Source: Nitrosopumilus sp. (lineage in GTDB: Archaea; Thermoproteota; Nitrososphaeria; Nitrososphaerales; Nitrosopumilaceae). From it: 64,000 nt of DNA. This document shows, in pieces, positions 61,201 to 64,000 of the stretch. Position numbers and translations under genes: made by a program. Below the pieces are notes generated by a model. It was not told where the DNA came from. It saw only the letters and a list, made by a program, of their open reading frames with translations, and did no database searches. Where the stretch lies: assembly GCA_965203315.1 (NCBI GenBank), contig OZ241857.1:768001-832000 (forward strand), in the 5' to 3' direction. How positions within the stretch are numbered: the stretch's first letter is position 1; every line of letters begins with the position of its first letter.

Positions 61201-63002
61201 TCTGTGAATCCAATGCTAAAGATATCTGCAACTATTAGATATGTCTTGTCGGTAAGATCGACTTGTTTTTTAATCTCTGACGCTATGGCAATTCTATATT
61301 CACCATCAAAGTCAGAGAGAGTCTTTGTGTCTGTATCGTCGTTAAACTTTATAAATTTACTTGCGAGATCAAAGACTCCTCTTCCATCACTAGCTAAATC
61401 TGCATGGTATCTTTGAGAGTTTATTTGAAATGGGTTATACGCCACAATCCAATAACTGCTACCACCAAGACTGCCAAAGTCATAGTTTAGTAGATTTACA
61501 CCTACAAAATCATTACCCATTTGCATGTTGGCTTTGTGTTCAGCAACTGTACCAAGAACAACCATGATGGTACCGTATCGACCATCATTTGGATTTCTTA
61601 AATCGTTACCGGTCCTGTTGATGTACATATTTGCCACGTAATGATCTGTGTCATATGTAAAGCCATACTGACTGGTTTGACCACAATGGATGGCCATGTA
61701 ATTTGTACCAAGAACGTTACTTGTTTTCGCATCAATCCTATTGTCAACTATCAGAGGGCATGGATTAATGCCGCCGGTAGTAGAACTATCACTACCTATA
61801 GAATATGGGCTCCATGGACGATCCTTTGTTAGTGTATACGGTTCGCCAATCATAAACGTTGGAATTCTTGCGTCTGAATTGGTTATCTTTTGATCGTCGT
61901 CTACTTCGCTGTTGAGATTTTGATCTGCATCAACGATAGTTAGATCAATGACTTCACCAGAGTTCCATGTACCATCTGCGATATCTAGGTTTACAGTAGC
62001 TGTGGTAAGTTGTGTGTTTACAGATACAGTCTCATCACTATACATGATTTGTGTGTTTTGGCCTCGAGGAGCCATATCTTCAATCATTATTGGAGACTTG
62101 TCATCGTTGGTGATAGTAAAGACGCCTGTGTTTGGACCTGTCTCTTCAAATATGTAATTTGTAGTACCAGATTCTAGTTGTAGTAGATCATTGGTATCCG
62201 GATTCATATTATCTATGCTAAAATTACACTTGTCATCTTTACAACCAAGATTATTGTTAGTAGGCATGATTGGAGTCTTTCCGCCCGTTCCAGAGCCAAC
62301 ACGATCATCATACATATAGGCTGGTGCTCCACCATCGACTGCATATCTCCAAATATCTTTAGTAGTTGGATCGATGTTTAGTATGTGATCGGTTATCTCC
62401 ACATGTACGTGAGAGTTTCTTGGGTACGATGTTCTATCTAGAGTAAGATCATTGTTTACAGAGTCGTCGTATGTGATCGTTATTGTCTGTGGCGCTCCAG
62501 CCTTGTGATATACAATATCAAAGGTATCATCTAGATCAAAGGTCTTTAGAACACTATTGTCTGCAGGAATAGTGATGCCTGCTTGTCTAATGAGATTAGG
62601 CATATTAGGCTGAGCAGATCCCCACAAAGCTTGAGCATCAGCAAAGGTAAGTCCATCATTACTGTCACCACCATCAGCAGCTACTCTAAAGTAACCATAC
62701 CAATTACCATCAGTGTGTCTGAACATCTTTAGTTCTTTGTCATCAACTCTTACACGAGGTTCAGCATCGTCTGCATCGCGGATCAACGGATCATTTACAA
62801 TTACTTGCACTATCTGTAGTCCACCAAAGGTGTTGTCGAACCTAGATCCATATCCATTTGGATCAGCAGCTGAGACGTATAGATTTGGTGTCGACTGGGC
62901 ATAGACTGGCTCCATGCTTGGTATAGCAAAGGTCAGTCCGCCTGCGACCATTATCGTCATTAGTATTAAACTAGTTGTTTTTCGTCCTATTTCGTTATTC
63001 AT
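58227..63002 (-). CDS. Nitrosopumilus-type S-layer protein, copy 2
   Basis: Paralogue of 24798-29639 with near-identical N- and C-termini and a divergent middle. Confidence 0.9.
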   Translation of the reverse strand: MNNEIGRKTTSLILMTIMVAGGLTFAIPSMEPVYAQSTPNLYVSAADPNGYGSRFDNTFGGLQIVQVIVNDPLIRDADDAEPRVRVDDKELKMFRHTDGNWYGYFRVAADGGDSNDGLTFADAQALWGSAQPNMPNLIRQAGITIPADNSVLKTFDLDDTFDIVYHKAGAPQTITITYDDSVNNDLTLDRTSYPRNSHVHVEITDHILNIDPTTKDIWRYAVDGGAPAYMYDDRVGSGTGGKTPIMPTNNNLGCKDDKCNFSIDNMNPDTNDLLQLESGTTNYIFEETGPNTGVFTITNDDKSPIMIEDMAPRGQNTQIMYSDETVSVNTQLTTATVNLDIADGTWNSGEVIDLTIVDADQNLNSEVDDDQKITNSDARIPTFMIGEPYTLTKDRPWSPYSIGSDSSTTGGINPCPLIVDNRIDAKTSNVLGTNYMAIHCGQTSQYGFTYDTDHYVANMYINRTGNDLRNPNDGRYGTIMVVLGTVAEHKANMQMGNDFVGVNLLNYDFGSLGGSSYWIVAYNPFQINSQRYHADLASDGRGVFDLASKFIKFNDDTDTKTLSDFDGEYRIAIASEIKKQVDLTDKTYLIVADIFSIGFTDDGAQASERVNNQIIRIEVEETGENTSTFTGTLEYIMINQLNVNNADTYKDITPIGNEVKFIAFEDLTGSDARVNYVDQNANDNTAVVSDQQDIATTSGVVSLNAETYSVGSNVVITLEDSDLNTDPDRADTYTVVMDSNHTDTDRDQVGMNVTNTDDIMYTSLLPGGKSLGMLLEVTFDGKRWQSGCTLSDGVQNGLGATGFTLQETGSSTGVFTGSFSVPKEVCNFNDDGSVNTNEPKITVSGKDIGVTYLDFRDASGQIVTAGDSASIGASTGSVSLDRTVYPVPYGTGTDDGSSGFLDMKNPPEPLPLGTVKVYVQVNDPDYNLNPTGEDKIEGMSGNGPVMVTISRSGDECAIAYAGGTTTDANDAISALKRDLDKKEAEYKAATTDTDKQTAYLLAQLKYDNARSTGGACPEPDPTNYALVETSPESGVFEASFDLSYIDGPSSTDCPNDGNCILQGDIITVQYNDTTDASGNPRTVTDSATFDLRNGALQTDKSVYVIGSDMIVTLIDPDLDLDSGTRETYTLDLIKWDSDAGTKNLSEGIFDAEPGSLRETGPSTGIFQVVISVPKAIDNDRLERGEEIKLEYTDYGPSGADYVGDNTEDIDRTVFTSNFGATIELDQSVYSWTDKVFITVTAPDHNLNTNQVDEIGADPYPVRVATRSDDIKNYKLVETGTNTGIFTGEVILTGFSYDADGDDSTGENGKDVTGRTCDTCNGPTDGLLPTDNDDGLEVSFEFSDDETVRKSALIRWNIGEVQWLEASYPATATGVLRVIDPDMNLNPESADNFEVKVWSSSAPSGITLTVTETQPASGIFEGTVFFGLSVQSGGHKLSTEEGDTVTAKYSDNTLPAPYNTGDSEDITATTIIGTIVPPLERVKIESLRIVDSTGTTLSTVSIDQQVQITADLTNTQDKDQPFAYLVQIQDSDGVTVSLSWIDGSLTPSQSFSPSQSWIPTAAGEYTITVFAWESLTIPTALSPQQTTTITVN

Positions 63003-63057
63003 GTTATTGATATTCCAATCAATAATTTGTATTTAAAGACTGTGAACGATTTGTTCA
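63000..63057 (-). promoter_or_regulatory. S-layer cassette site 4 with a full promoter driving copy 2
   Basis: Minus strand TGAACAAATCGTTCA-N5-TTTAAATACAAATTATTGATTGGAATATCAATAACATG. Confidence 0.85.
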
Positions 63058-63317
63058 TCTAGCCTCAACCGTAAGATAGAGACGCGGTATCGGTTCCAAG
63101 AGAATGACAACAGCTAACACAAATGAGCAAAACTAGTTATGTATCTACCACTTGTCAAAAGATAAACTCAAGATACGCATAATGATTATTGAGTAGTTAC
63201 AGTTTAGATATTCCAAGGACTTGCTAAAAACACATTTGCGTTAACTGACATGCAGTATTTGTGTCCAGATTGCAATGTATAGTAAACTACTTTATAGAGC
63301 ACTTGTAGACCTACCTC

Positions 63318-63779
63318 ATGGTAGATGTAGGCGATGCGGCCCCTTCATGGGAGCTCCCAGACATTGATCTAAAGATGCGAACTTTAGACGAGTTTCGTGG
63401 TAAAAAGTTGGTAATGTCATTTATCGTAGCAGCCAGTTCGCCAGTATGTGAGAGAGAGTTGTGTACATTCCGTGATGCATGGAGTGATGTTGCAGATACG
63501 GGAGCAAATATTGTCTCGATCAGTAACGATGGACCGTTTGCAAACAAGGCATTTGCAGAGAAGCATAACTTTAGGTTTCCATTGTTGTCAGACTATACTA
63601 GCAAGACCATTAGAGATTATGATGTATTGATGAAGGACTTGTTGCACATCAAAGATTACAACGCTGCAAAACGCTCTGTATTCATCGTAGACAAAGATGG
63701 CAAGATAGGATACAGATGGGTATCCGAAGATCCACTAAAAGAGCCAAACTATACAGAGATCATCAATCATCTAAAGTAA
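63318..63779 (+). CDS. Peroxiredoxin (AhpC/TSA family)
   Basis: VGD.AP...L, SPVCERELC.FRD, FPLLSD, KRSVFIVD. Confidence 0.9.
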   Translation: MVDVGDAAPSWELPDIDLKMRTLDEFRGKKLVMSFIVAASSPVCERELCTFRDAWSDVADTGANIVSISNDGPFANKAFAEKHNFRFPLLSDYTSKTIRDYDVLMKDLLHIKDYNAAKRSVFIVDKDGKIGYRWVSEDPLKEPNYTEIINHLK

Positions 63780-63781
63780 TA

Positions 63782-64000
63782 TCAATTAATCTCAGCGATT
63801 GTATCGCCCTTGGCAACTGTGTCACCCTCTTTGATCGACATTGCGTGTATTGTACCGTTCTTGTGTGCTTTGACAGCCACCTGCATCTTCATTGACTCTA
63901 GAACACATATCGTGTCACCTTGGGCAACTGTATCACCAATACTTGTTGGAATGGATACAACTTTGCCAGGTATCTGACTCTTTAGTCCAAGCTGTATATT
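63782..64000 (-). CDS. Biotin carboxyl carrier subunit (acetyl/propionyl-CoA carboxylase), 3' part only
   Basis: Minus frame reads KSQIPGKVV...GD.V..GD....LESMKMQ...GD.V.KGD. Confidence 0.9.
   Translation of the reverse strand, partial: NIQLGLKSQIPGKVVSIPTSIGDTVAQGDTICVLESMKMQVAVKAHKNGTIHAMSIKEGDTVAKGDTIAEIN

Overview
Ammonia-oxidising archaeon (Nitrosopumilaceae, Nitrososphaerota) chromosome segment, judged from the Nitrosopumilus-type S-layer proteins, eS25, Rpo6, Alba, Pth2, DUR3 and the biotin carboxyl carrier. The heavy IS/MITE load suggests a host-associated lineage, which is inference. Housekeeping genes are interspersed with IS630, IS5, ISH3, IS66, IS481 and IS110 elements and four MITE families. 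The main signals are as follows. (1) Two S-layer paralogues each lie between a pair of inverted 32-bp sites that end in ATG. A full operator+TATA promoter is outside only one site of each pair. Copy 2 faces its promoter and copy 1 is flipped away from it, which looks like an archaeal S-layer phase-variation inversion switch. (2) An intact IS110/IS1111 element sits inside a MITE terminal repeat, and its 3' non-coding region forms a bridge-RNA-like loop whose guides spell that target. (3) A 4-kb unit bounded by two MITEs, with an 8-bp TSD, carries a toxin-antitoxin (TA) pair. (4) Two TA operons have been disabled by IS insertions. All calls are by eye from motifs; no database searches were run.
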